A stretch of DNA of 64,000 nt, taken from the sequence record MK250019.1; one strand, given 5' to 3'. Every line of letters starts with the position of its first letter. Positions within the stretch are counted from its first letter, which is position 1. This document shows, one piece after another, positions 45,603-57,150 of the stretch. A model generated the notes under the pieces. It was given only the letters and a program-made list of their open reading frames with translations. It made no database searches and was not told where the DNA came from. The position numbers and the translations under genes were made by a program.

Positions 45603-46055
45603 TTATTTTCTGATATTCAAAACGAGCTTTGTATTTTTCGGTATTCGATTTAAAGCCCTTATTATTATTTTATTATTATCACCATCCCACATATAATCAC
45701 AATTAGGAACAGGATTTGATTTGCTTATAACATCATAATATTGACAATAACCGAATGGAATAACATATTTCTCATTAGGAATAACTTCAAATACAATATC
45801 TCTCATATCTTTAGTATAAAGAGATAATTTATCTATAGATTTTGTAGGACATACTTCTATAATATCTCCTGGATAAAACTATGAATTAGAATAAACAGAT
45901 TTACCGTCAGAACAAATTTTACATTGATTTAAATTTGTCGGTATCATTGTTACTTTCTTTATGTTAGTTTTATCACGTGGTTCCTAACCATAAAATAATC
46001 CATACCATGATTTCTCATTTACAGATTTAAACTTTTTATTTGTTCTTTGTTTCAT
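45603..46055 (-). CDS. Degenerate SET-domain-like protein (code 15)
   Basis: SVYSNSQFYPGDIIEVCP...IVF...PFGYCQYYDV...PNCDY...IIIRALNRIPKNTKLVLN follows the viral SET pattern; two TAGs. Confidence 0.6.
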
Positions 46056-46099
46056 AATTAAANNNNNNNNNNNNNNNNNNNNNTAATGTATTTTAAAAA

Positions 46100-47737
46100 T
46101 TAACTATTCTCTACATCTATTACAAGCTATTCTGCTCTTTCAACAGCGGCTATAGTTGCATTTAATGTAGTATTTCCATCTACATCTGTTCCTTTATTTT
46201 CTTCTGGTACATTTTCCTAATTATTTGTTGACTTATATAAACTAATTGCAAAATCAGTTAACGTTGTATCAGTTCCTACTTTCTTTTTTATATATTTATA
46301 TGCTTTATCAATTAAATTCTCTGTACCTTTCTTTTCAAATAAACATATATCATTATCTCTATAATATAAAATAGATTCAGCTTTAATATTATCCATAAAA
46401 TACATTAATGTATAAAACACTGATAATGCTGGATATGGTTTATTATTTGAAATATAATTTAATATAATTGTATATACATTAAATATATTAGAACCGTTTA
46501 TTTTATTACTAAGATTTTTAAAAAATTTAAAAATATTGATAGTATCATCACTTACTAATAGATTAAATGATTTAAAGAAACTGTTATCTTTATTACTTAT
46601 TTGAATGTCCATATCTGGTAAATTAGTATTGAATAATTCCTGCAATTCTTTAATAATATTTTCTCCAACACTATACTTATTTCCTGACTTTGTATCACGC
46701 CCATTTAATGTCTTTAATGCAGAAGGTGTTGTATAAAATAATTCAAATATTTTTTTACATATTATTGGTGTTCTTGTTTCTTTATCTATAACAACAGATA
46801 TTTTATCTGACTTTAATGATTCTTTAATTTTTTCTATATTATTTTTTAATTCTTCTGAATTTATATTTATTGATACTAAAGTTTCTGATAATAATGTATT
46901 CCATTTTGTAAACTATTCATTAGTTATTACATCTAAATTCTATATATTTTCTAAGAATTTACTTACTGTTAATTTATTGGTTTTAAATACATCTTTATCT
47001 ACATCAATCTGTTTTTTAAGAAATACATCTTTAATACCTTCTTTTATATCTATATTTGAAATATTCTATTTGAAATATTCTATATATTCCTATTCATTAT
47101 CTTTTTTTAATAATTCTAATAATGTTGAATATATATCTTTATAACGCTATGTATTTATATTATTCTAAACATCTTTATTACCTAATGTATTATATATATT
47201 AATTGGAATTTCAAACTATGAAAATTTATCATCAATTAATTTATTATAATATGAACTGAAATTATTAGAAAAAATAAATTGTAATATACTTATTAACGTT
47301 TTTTGAGAAATCATATTATTAAATGTATCAATAAACTATTTCATTTCATCATCAGTTATTGGTTCAATATTATATAATTTATCTTTATCGATTTCTGTAG
47401 TTTCATTCTATATAATATATTTTATTATAGTTTTATATGATATATTTGAAATATCATTTTGCCTTAACTATATATTATTTTTAAATATATCATTTTCTAT
47501 AATTTGTAAAATTTTTTCATTTATTAAATTATTTGGTTCTAAGTAAATATTTAATGGCGTTATTCCACATTTTCTTAAAAACTAATTTAATTTAATTGCC
47601 TTATTTTTTATATCTGCATTTGTATTGTTATCATCATTTAATTCATTTATAATATTACTAAATTCATTGAATAAATCAGTTGATAACATATTATGATATA
47701 CTACATTATATATTATATTATCTATTTGCTATAACAT
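46100..47737 (-). CDS. Hypothetical protein (about 545 aa, code 15)
   Basis: Track ORF 46217..46645 extends both ways through TAGs to TAA 46100; start is 47737 or 47689. Confidence 0.55.
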
Positions 47738-47750
47738 AACTTATATTCAT

Positions 47751-50387
47751 TTAATTTTGATTATTTTTTGAGTTATTCAATATATTTAATAACTACGCAT
47801 ATGTATATAATGTTTCTTGCTCTTCTTGCTGTTTCTTTAATTCATCTGAAGATTCTTTTGTAATAGGATATTTATCAGTATATAGTTTTATAAGGTAGAA
47901 TATCTGTTTATAATAAAGCATTACAGCTAGTAAATTTGGATATTGAACTGTCAAAAATTCCTATATAGACTTATACATACAACTATTACCATTATCACCT
48001 GTAATTGAACGAATACGTGATTCTATTCTATCATCTAAATCATCTGCATATCGTGCCCATATATTTTGAAGACTTGCAGCACGAACAGGATGTTTAGACA
48101 GTGCAGCTTTAAACTTATCACCTAATGTTGACGATGCAGACTATGATGTTCTGCATATTAATCCTATTTTTTCGGTAATTTCTTTATCTGCTGCTTCTTT
48201 TAATTTTTTCATTCGTTCACGAGCATTTTTAATTATATACCATTCTTCTGGATTACCATAACTTGTAATAATTCCTGTAATTTCTCTTGTTAAATTGTCC
48301 TTAACAAACTTGTATGTTTGCTCATTTCCGTCTTCTAACTATTTAATAATTTCATCACTATTTTTAATTTGTTCATTTTCAAATAGAGAATTATATGCAT
48401 AACTATACTTATCATTATAAGTAAATACTGATACTGATTCATCCTTTAAGTTTAAAGAATATGCTACTTTTTGTAACTCGTCATATTTACTATATGGTGT
48501 ATATTTTGCAATTATAAGGTCTAAATCTTTATTACGTGAATCTGTATCTTGTATTTTAGAAGTTACACGGTCTTTAAATTCTTTTAATTTTTTCTTATCT
48601 GTTATACCTAATTTCTATATAAACTTATCAGATGATGTCCATGATAGAATTTTGCTTGATCTTCTTGCAGTTTCACTAAATTCTCGCCAACCATTTAAAT
48701 CCTTTTGATATTCATTATCCATAATTTGTTTTAATACTGCATCTTCTTTCTTCATATACTTATCCATATTACCTTCGGATGCATTATTCATATCAGATAC
48801 TTTCTAAGCGAAATTACTCATCTCTTTAGTACCATTATTACCACAAATTGATTTCATTAATGTTGTTACAATAGATATACTACTACGTACATAATTATCA
48901 ATTGCATCTATTAAATTACCATTAAATGCAGATGCTTCATTTTCTACACGTTTCTTTGTTTCCTAATCTAATTCACTTCCTAATACAGAAGTTGGATCTA
49001 AATCTCCAGTTAATGGTCCACTTAATGAAACACCTTTTGTTTTATCTAATCCTTCTTCATTCTCAACTTCAAATAATGATAATACTTTATTTAAAGATAA
49101 CATATATGACTCATTTTTTAATGTTTCATATTTTACAATATCATCTAATTTCACATGTTCTTTATTAAAATATTTAAGTCCTATATCAGAAGCTTTATCC
49201 TATATAATTTCCTTTGTAGGTTTCATGAATAATGAACCATTTGGATTTTCATTTGCTTTTGTAGGATAATCAATATTAGACATTAACATTGCATAATTTG
49301 TTGGTAATGATGGTAACATTAATAATGACTTATTAAAACGTTTTTCATTTACCTTAATTGGTAATAGTTTTTTTGTACCTTCATTTATATAAGCATCTTC
49401 TCCTTCTGTAGAAACACCATTTACAATATCAAAAAATTGACCTAAACCTGAATCATCTGACGGCTCATCACCTGAAGTTATACTATTAAAATTAGTTAAT
49501 GAAGGTGATAAAAAACCTAATCTGTGAATACATTGTGTATATAAACATGCCATATTTCTTTCTGCAGTTTCCTGGATAGTTCTAAAACATGCTTTATTGT
49601 AATCACCTGTATTTTGTTTATTCTTTCTACCAGGTAATAAAAATGAATACCAAGGACGTTTTTTATTTACACCTGAATCTGTTAACTCTACAAGCTTATT
49701 CATATATTGCTTAAGCTTCATCATCGCTAATCTATCTTTTCCTTTCATAAACAACCACGCAATAATACCTAATAAACCTGTTAACAAACCAGCACTTAAT
49801 TTCAAAATCCAAGAACAATCCATCCACCAATCAGCTGCATGACCTTCAGCTTCATTTAATGTATGAAGATCTGGATCATTCATAATATATTCAAAAATAT
49901 TCTTTTTGATATTATTATATTCATCTAAACCAACTTCGGCAATAAGTTCCTTATCAAATAATTCATCAAACTATGATTCGAATAACATCTCATCCATCAT
50001 TTGTTTTATTTGACGTTTCTCTTCTTCACTATATTCATTAGAAAGTTTTATATCCTGAATATCTTCATATGTTATTTCATCATCTGAATTATCAATAACA
50101 TCTTCAGATTCTTTAAGATTAAACGGCATTGTACCATAATATGCATCGCAGTTACTGCATACATATACAGGTTCTCCTTGTATTTTCAAAACAACTTTAC
50201 CTCCGCATTTTGGACATATATTTGGAACAATATTACCGTCATCATTATATATACGTTTCTTTTTCTTAGATTCTTGAAGTTGTTTCATTTCAGGACATAA
50301 ACCGGAATGTTCGTATTCATATATTTTTCTATCTTCAGGACTAAGTAGACTTAAACGTTCTTTAGATAATTTTCTTGGAAATTTCAT
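47751..50387 (-). CDS. Large hypothetical protein (878 aa, code 15) with N-terminal Zn ribbon and multiple LxE sites
   Basis: ORFs 49971, 49200 and 48963 are in frame; CPKCGG...CSNCD; TAA at 47751. Confidence 0.65.
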
Positions 50388-50499
50388 TTAATTAAAAACT
50401 TTGTTTTCATATTTATTATTGAAAATAAATTATCTCATTTTTATAAATAAAAAATAAGGAATTAGAATATCAGCAAATTCTAATTCCTTATTATATTTT

Positions 50500-50790
50500 T
50501 TAACGTCCACTAATCATTTTATCAATCTTTCTGAAAATTGCATTTACTTCATCATATGAAATATCACCATCATTCAATAGTCCAACTATTTTAAGAATAT
50601 CTTCTAACATCCATTGAATATTATTAATAACTTCAGCTTTCAAACTTTCGTCACCAGTTTTATCAAGACACACATTGATATTATATGCATAATCTTCATA
50701 ACTTTGATTTTCATTCAAACGTCTTTTAATAGTTTTTGATACACTTCTCATGATATTCTCATAAAGTGCTTTCTTTTGCATTTTATTCAT
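50500..50790 (-). CDS. Small putative internal head protein
   Basis: MNKMQKKALYENIMRSVSKTIKRRLNE leader. Confidence 0.6.
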   Translation of the reverse strand: MNKMQKKALYENIMRSVSKTIKRRLNENQSYEDYAYNINVCLDKTGDESLKAEVINNIQWMLEDILKIVGLLNDGDISYDEVNAIFRKIDKMISGR

Positions 50791-50871
50791 AATTTTTAAT
50801 AGTTTTTTTTCTTATATGTTATTTATCAAATAAAACAAACAATATATTTTTTGATATAATTAAATAATAAT

Positions 50872-51246
50872 ATGATGCAATTAAAACTTTTAGGAGTACT
50901 TCAGGATTATGATAGTCCTTATGTCTCCTTATATAGAGACGATAATAGTCAAAATTTATATTTGGCTGTGGAACAAAACTCAGATAAACCAAAAGAGTTT
51001 TGCACATTGTTACTTCATGTGTCTAAAAGATTAGTCGAATATTATTTGCAGAATAAAATTGGCCTCCGAGAAATCTATAAGAATGTGAAAAGTAAATATA
51101 TTTGGTTTCACAAAAAAGATCAGATTTGTACATTGGTAGATGTAGGTAATGAAGATGTGTCTAAATACATAGATATTGATGATGATATGTTTGATCCTGA
51201 TTTTTGCAATCATGAAGCTAGCATAAAGTATTATTTAAACAAGTAA
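50872..51246 (+). CDS. Hypothetical protein
   Basis: 124-aa TAG-free ORF with host-like codon usage. Confidence 0.6.
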   Translation: MMQLKLLGVLQDYDSPYVSLYRDDNSQNLYLAVEQNSDKPKEFCTLLLHVSKRLVEYYLQNKIGLREIYKNVKSKYIWFHKKDQICTLVDVGNEDVSKYIDIDDDMFDPDFCNHEASIKYYLNK

Positions 51247-51475
51247 AATTACTAAATGTACTAGAGAGTGACTTGAAATATGATCGAACACTTGATTTCA
51301 AGAAAGCCTTAAAAATAAAGAGATAGAACTTGACGTTGGTGCAACTTTGTTACAACATAAGGAGAATGACATTTTAGTAAGGTTTTCAAAGATTTCTCGT
51401 GCTTACAGCGTATAGCTGCTTAGCACATTATTGAATTATTAACGAACTATTGATATAATATATAACTATATTTTT

Positions 51476-52375
51476 ATGAATGCAAAACCAATTATCAAAT
51501 GGGTAGGTGGAAAAACCCAATTATTAAATACAATAAATGATAATCTTCCACAAAATATATCACATTTTAACACATATATGGAACCATTCATTGGTGGTGC
51601 TGCAGTATTATTTTATATTGTTCCCAAGTTACCTAATATAAAAAATGTGTTTATAAATGACTTAAATTATAAATTGACAAATTTATATACAGTTGTAAAA
51701 AATAAACATTTGAAATTAATTAATCAATTAAAAACAATACAGGAAGAATATAGAAAATCTGAAGATCCGAAAATGTTTTATTATAATACCCGTGATTCAT
51801 TCAATATATATGATATGAATATGGAACCAGATGCAGATGTATTACATGCAGCTGAATTTATATTCTTAAATAAGACATGTTTTAACGGATTATACAGAGA
51901 GAATTCAAAAGGTGAATTTAATGTACCATGGAATAAGAATGTAAATGTTTGTATATGTGATGAAGAAAATATTAAAGCAGTACATAATTTTTTCATTAAA
52001 TACAATGTTCAAATATCTACTGGTACATATAATGATTTTTTTAAAGGTAAAGGAATGTATATGAAAAATGCGTTTGTTTATATGGATCCACCTTATAGAC
52101 CTATTACTAAATCATCTGCATTTACGTCATATACAAAATCAGGATTTAATGATGATAGTCAAAAAGATTTAAAAGTATGGTTTGATGTATTGACTAGTGA
52201 TTGCGCTTATTGTATGTTAAGTAATTCTGATCCAAAAAATTCTGACATGAATGATATGTTTTTTGATAACTTATATTCAGATTATAACATAATTAGAGTA
52301 AATGCTAAAAGATCCATCAATTCAAAAGGAAATGGACGTGGTAGTATAACAGAAATATTGGTAAAAAATTATTAA
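51476..52375 (+). CDS. dam: DNA adenine methyltransferase (Dam/D12 class)
   Basis: IIKWVGGKT, YMEPFIGGAAV, FLNKTCFNGLYRENSKGEFNVP, YMDPPY. Confidence 0.92.
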   Translation: MNAKPIIKWVGGKTQLLNTINDNLPQNISHFNTYMEPFIGGAAVLFYIVPKLPNIKNVFINDLNYKLTNLYTVVKNKHLKLINQLKTIQEEYRKSEDPKMFYYNTRDSFNIYDMNMEPDADVLHAAEFIFLNKTCFNGLYRENSKGEFNVPWNKNVNVCICDEENIKAVHNFFIKYNVQISTGTYNDFFKGKGMYMKNAFVYMDPPYRPITKSSAFTSYTKSGFNDDSQKDLKVWFDVLTSDCAYCMLSNSDPKNSDMNDMFFDNLYSDYNIIRVNAKRSINSKGNGRGSITEILVKNY

Positions 52376-52406
52376 TAAAATAAATACTTAAACATATATC
52401 TGATAT

Positions 52407-53399
52407 ATGAAATTTATACATAATCTGACTGAATAGAATAATATATTGTCATATAATGAAATATTAAATACAATTAATAACATTAATGAAGAATATCATG
52501 AAGTAACAAATTTTGATAATATGATAAAAGATGTTGCTAAACAAATATATTATTCTAATTATACTGATTTTTATACAGGTTGGAATTGGTTTATTAAAGA
52601 ACAAACATGTTTAAAAGTTAATACTGAATATAAATCAGATAATACAGTTTATAAAGATAATATAGGATGTCCTATATATATTAAATTTGATGATTTAGAA
52701 AATAATACATATTTTGCTGTATAGATGAGAGATAATACGTATAACATACCAATATATGTTAACAAACATTATAACTTATCTATATAGCAATATGCATATA
52801 AATTAAAACATGAAATTACACATATACGTACAATGTATTCTAAAATAGATTCAAATCCGTTAGATTCATTAAAGAATAGATCATCAAGTATTGAATTGGA
52901 TAATATAAGATTAATAAATAATAAACAATTTCCATTTATATATAATGTTTGTTATTTATTATCACCAACTGAATAGCAAGCACGTATAAATGAATATATA
53001 TTTTTTATAAAAGATTATTTAAAAGAAAATGATATAGATAATGTAAACAGTCATAAATTAATAAATGAATTAATTGAAAAAGGATATGAACATACATTAT
53101 TAAAAGATTTCTTTGATATATATGAAAAATTAGAATTTATGGTAAATGCTTAGATTTATATATAGGTAATATCATTAGGATATGTGTTATAGAAATATAA
53201 TTTATTTAAATCTAATATAACAGATGCAGATTTACTGAGATTAGAATCTGATAGAACAGGAATGATATATAAGTATATTAAATCAGATGAAGATAATTCA
53301 TATAAAATATTAGAATTTTTAAAATAGAATTTATCTGATTACTATACAAAATTAAAAAACGTAACATACAAAACATTAAAAGAAAATAACATAATTTAA
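52407..53399 (+). CDS. Putative zincin-like metallopeptidase (HExxH), 330 aa, code 15
   Basis: KHEITHI plus downstream LSPTEQQARINE; ATG 52407 to TAA 53397-53399 with TAG=Gln. Confidence 0.55.
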
Positions 53400-53405
53400 T
53401 TATAT

Positions 53406-53879
53406 ATGAAGACTAATTTAAATGGTGGTTGTTTATTACCAAATGAAGAAATTATTGTAAAGGATGGACTTGTATTGATGTCTGAAATTAAAGTAGGTGA
53501 TAAAGTTTTATCACATGATGGTGATTACCATGAAGTAGAACATGTATGGAATTTTGAGAAACCTACATACTATGTATCACTTTCAAACGGTGATCATATC
53601 GAATGTTCAAATACACATAGATTCTTGGTAAATAAGAATAAGCTTGAGAAAGAATCATCATGGAAAACTGCTGAAGAACTTCATGATGGAGATGAAATCT
53701 TTACAATGAGTACCATTAATATGGACATTAATGAGAAAATTAAGTTTAATAAAATAAAGATTGCCCGTATATTCAAATCAGGAATTAATAATCATGTGAT
53801 TGACATTACTGTTAAAGATACACATACATATATTTCTGCTAATGGTATTGTTAATCATAATTCAGGAACTAATTTCTGA
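53406..53879 (+). CDS. Stand-alone mini-intein (Hint domain) with 8-aa N-extein and 5-aa C-extein
   Basis: MKTNLNGG|CLLPNEEI (block A), IECSNTHRFLV (block B), VIDITV (block F), IVNHN|SGTNF-stop (block G, +1 Ser). Confidence 0.88.
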   Translation: MKTNLNGGCLLPNEEIIVKDGLVLMSEIKVGDKVLSHDGDYHEVEHVWNFEKPTYYVSLSNGDHIECSNTHRFLVNKNKLEKESSWKTAEELHDGDEIFTMSTINMDINEKIKFNKIKIARIFKSGINNHVIDITVKDTHTYISANGIVNHNSGTNF

Positions 53880-53894
53880 TAATGAATTATAATA

Positions 53895-54293
53895 ATGAAT
53901 TATAAAGAAACATATTTAAAACCAGAAATTGCATTCTTACTGAAAAAGCATAACTATAATATCGATAAAACTCGATATATGGTAAACAGAGACGGAACAT
54001 TAGTTGAATCTACTAATGAATTATAGAAACATTATAATCATTTAGAATTAGCTTATAATCCTAATGCAGAAGAAGTAATCGATTATTTCAAAAAACAATC
54101 AATTTATATTAACATTAATAAAATAGATGATAATAAATGGGAATGGATTATTTCATTTGGTAAGAAAACTGTATATTCTGGTGAAACTGCAAACGGAAAT
54201 ATCGGGCATAATCTTCCAGAATCACGTCAATTTTTTAACAATGAAAAAGACGCGTATTATGATGCAGTTATAGAACTTATTATTTTAATTTAA
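53895..54293 (+). CDS. Hypothetical protein (132 aa, one TAG), paralog of 55851
   Basis: YLKPEIAFLLKKHNY...YNPNAEEVIDYF...DAYYDAVIELII. Confidence 0.6.
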
Positions 54294-54389
54294 TATATAA
54301 GAGGATATGGATTTAATTCTATATTCTCTTTTTTCTTTCAAATAAAATATGTATCTTTGTATAAAATATGAATTAATAATTATAAGAGA

Positions 54390-55643
54390 ATGGATACAAA
54401 AACATATATGGCAATTAAAGATTGCCTTAGAATAATTATTCAAGGATCTGAATTTGAAAATAATTTATTTGCTGTTGGCGGATGTTGTAGAGATGAGATT
54501 TTAGGAAATAATATAAAAGATTTAGACCTTGTTGTTTCATTAGAAAATGGCGGTATTAAATTTGCAGAATGGTTGGAAAAGAATCATTATACAAAAGGAA
54601 CTGTTGTGACATATCCTCGATATGGAACTGCTATGTTCAGACTAAAGGATTTTCCTAATGAAGAACTTGAAGTTGTACAAACAAGAACTGAAATTTATAC
54701 AACAGATTCAAGAAAACCAGATACAACATTCGGTTCACTTAAGCAGGATTGCATGCGTAGAGACCTTACAATCAATGCAATTTATTATGATATTTCAAAC
54801 AGTAAATTTATTGATGTTACAAACAGATCATTTGATGACATTAAAAATAAAATTATTGTAACACCATGTGAACCAGATCAGACATATATTGATGATCCTC
54901 TTCGCATTATGAGATGTGTAAGATTTGCATGTAAACTTGGTTGGAATATAGATAAAAATGTATTCAACAGTATGAAGAAAAATATAGATAGACTATCTAT
55001 TATTTCAAAAGAAAGAATACAGGATGAACTTATGAAAATATTGAATACACCAAATTCAAAATTAGGTATTGATTATCTATTTGATATTGATGCAATGAAA
55101 TTTATTTTCCCTTGTATAAATCATAATATTCCTGGACATTTTATTGATTTAGATAAGACATATAAACCTTATTTAAAATTAGCATTAATTAATATTAATA
55201 ATTCTAATGTTAAAGAAGATTTAATTAATCTTAAATTTTCTACATATGAAATTAATACAATAATGAATTATATTAATTTATATCATGATATGTCGAAAAT
55301 TAATAATCAATCATCACCCAGTGATATTAGACGAATGTTATATAAATGCAAAACATTAAATATATTCTTTGATGTATATAACATGATAGTAATATATGAA
55401 TCAAATAACAATAAATTAAAATCAATTCATGATGCTATTTCGAAAGGAATAAATTGTAATGATTTAATTAAGATGTTTGAATATAAGTTACCGGTTAATG
55501 GTAATGATATTATGGATGCATTTAATATTAAACCAGGACCAAAAATTAAAGAATATCTTGATAAAAGTTTTGATATTGTCTTTGATAATCCTTATATAAC
55601 AAAAGATGAAATTTTAAATAAGTTAAAAGAGATTAAAAATTAA
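54390..55643 (+). CDS. cca: CCA-adding tRNA nucleotidyltransferase (class II)
   Basis: AVGGCCRDEILG...KDLDLVV, DCMRRDLTINA, DDPLRIMRCVRFA; promoter TATCTTTG at 54352. Confidence 0.88.
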   Translation: MDTKTYMAIKDCLRIIIQGSEFENNLFAVGGCCRDEILGNNIKDLDLVVSLENGGIKFAEWLEKNHYTKGTVVTYPRYGTAMFRLKDFPNEELEVVQTRTEIYTTDSRKPDTTFGSLKQDCMRRDLTINAIYYDISNSKFIDVTNRSFDDIKNKIIVTPCEPDQTYIDDPLRIMRCVRFACKLGWNIDKNVFNSMKKNIDRLSIISKERIQDELMKILNTPNSKLGIDYLFDIDAMKFIFPCINHNIPGHFIDLDKTYKPYLKLALININNSNVKEDLINLKFSTYEINTIMNYINLYHDMSKINNQSSPSDIRRMLYKCKTLNIFFDVYNMIVIYESNNNKLKSIHDAISKGINCNDLIKMFEYKLPVNGNDIMDAFNIKPGPKIKEYLDKSFDIVFDNPYITKDEILNKLKEIKN

Positions 55644-55694
55644 AACAATTTATTGGTTAAACATTATAAACATTAATTAAAACAGTTATTAGAT

Positions 55695-55844
55695 ATGGAT
55701 TTAAATATTACACAGAGAGAAGGAATTAAGAAGTGTCTCTATGAGGATTTAAAGAAAATGTATGATGCATTTATTTTGACTGATAGAGATAAAGTAGAAA
55801 GTGTATTTAATGAGTTTTTGAATAAATGTGAACGTTATATTTAA
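55695..55844 (+). CDS. Small hypothetical protein (49 aa)
   Basis: ATG 55695 to TAA 55842-55844, filling the gap between genes. Confidence 0.45.
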   Translation: MDLNITQREGIKKCLYEDLKKMYDAFILTDRDKVESVFNEFLNKCERYI

Positions 55845-55850
55845 TTTGAT

Positions 55851-56249
55851 ATGAATTATTTTACTCATACAGTAGATGATAATATTTGTAAGTGGTTACT
55901 CGATAATAAGTTTCCACTTACAAAGTGTATACGAAATGATCATAATGAATCATTATATTATACATTGCCATATGAAGATTCTGATGGATGGCAATATTGT
56001 GATGCATATTATAAACCTACATATTTTGATGTAAAAGAATGGTTATATAAAGAACATAATATACTTATTAATTCGAATATTTATACTGATAGATTTTCTG
56101 TACAAATTAGATATAAATCAAAATCAGATAAGTATTTTGGAAATTGTTGGGAAATTGGTTATGGTTGTAAAACATTTGAAGATTGTTTAAAATCTGCAAT
56201 TGAATATATTATTGAAAATAATATACTGAACGAAAAGAGTACAGAATAA
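55851..56249 (+). CDS. Hypothetical protein
   Basis: YKPTYFDVKEWLYKEHNILI family motif. Confidence 0.6.
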   Translation: MNYFTHTVDDNICKWLLDNKFPLTKCIRNDHNESLYYTLPYEDSDGWQYCDAYYKPTYFDVKEWLYKEHNILINSNIYTDRFSVQIRYKSKSDKYFGNCWEIGYGCKTFEDCLKSAIEYIIENNILNEKSTE

Positions 56250-56254
56250 TTTAA

Positions 56255-56797
56255 TTATGTTAATGGATGAAATATTTCTTTTTGTTCTTTAATATATTTT
56301 TTTGCTTCAGGTAGATTATCAAATAAAATATCATTTTCATCTGGTTGACAGTAAACCATATTTCCATCATCTTCTATAATATAGATAATACCGAATGTAT
56401 CTTGCATTGATGTTGGTTCAATTGGTTTACTGAATATGATTTTTCTTATTTGATTATCTACAATTACATAGTAAATATTTGCATTTGCATCTATATTACT
56501 AGTCCATTTACCGATATAATTTATTTTATCATCATATGATGATAATTCATTATTCATGACATTATCACCGAAAAATGAAGCTAAGTAATTATTATTTGCA
56601 TTTACTTTATCTATGTTATCTCTAATAAGTCCATCAGATGTTAAATTAATTTGAGATTTATTATCATCTGGATAAAAATATCCACCTATTATAATATCAT
56701 CAAATTCATCATTATCTTCTTTTGGATTTAACAACATATCAGATAAGTTATTTAACTGCGGAATATATTTATGTAATAATTTATAGGTATATTTCAT
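56255..56797 (-). CDS. Hypothetical protein
   Basis: 180-aa TAG-free ORF, isolated on the minus strand. Confidence 0.55.
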   Translation of the reverse strand: MKYTYKLLHKYIPQLNNLSDMLLNPKEDNDEFDDIIIGGYFYPDDNKSQINLTSDGLIRDNIDKVNANNNYLASFFGDNVMNNELSSYDDKINYIGKWTSNIDANANIYYVIVDNQIRKIIFSKPIEPTSMQDTFGIIYIIEDDGNMVYCQPDENDILFDNLPEAKKYIKEQKEIFHPLT

Positions 56798-56835
56798 TTA
56801 ATTTATTATATATAAACTTTAAAATATTTATTTAT

Positions 56836-57150
56836 ATGATTATAACATATACAGCATTTGATGGAAAGGTATTTAATGATCAAAAGGAATGTGAAGACTA
56901 TGAATATAAATTAAAACTTTTAGGAGTTGCATATTCAGAATTCAGTAAATTTCTTGATAAAATTCCAGAAGATTATAATGATAATCTTTGGATATGTAAA
57001 GAAAAATTAGAAATTAATGATGCATGTGGACAAGAACTTCCTACAATTGGAGATACTATAAAGGTTTTAACAAAAGATGATTTATCACATATGAGAGTAA
57101 TTAAGACTCTGCTTAAAAATTTTAAATTGGATGATAATGGAAACAACTAG
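56836..57150 (+). CDS. Hypothetical protein
   Basis: ATG 56836 (MIITYTAFDGKVFNDQKECEDYE) is preferred to the track start, which overlaps the minus-strand gene. Confidence 0.6.
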   Translation: MIITYTAFDGKVFNDQKECEDYEYKLKLLGVAYSEFSKFLDKIPEDYNDNLWICKEKLEINDACGQELPTIGDTIKVLTKDDLSHMRVIKTLLKNFKLDDNGNN

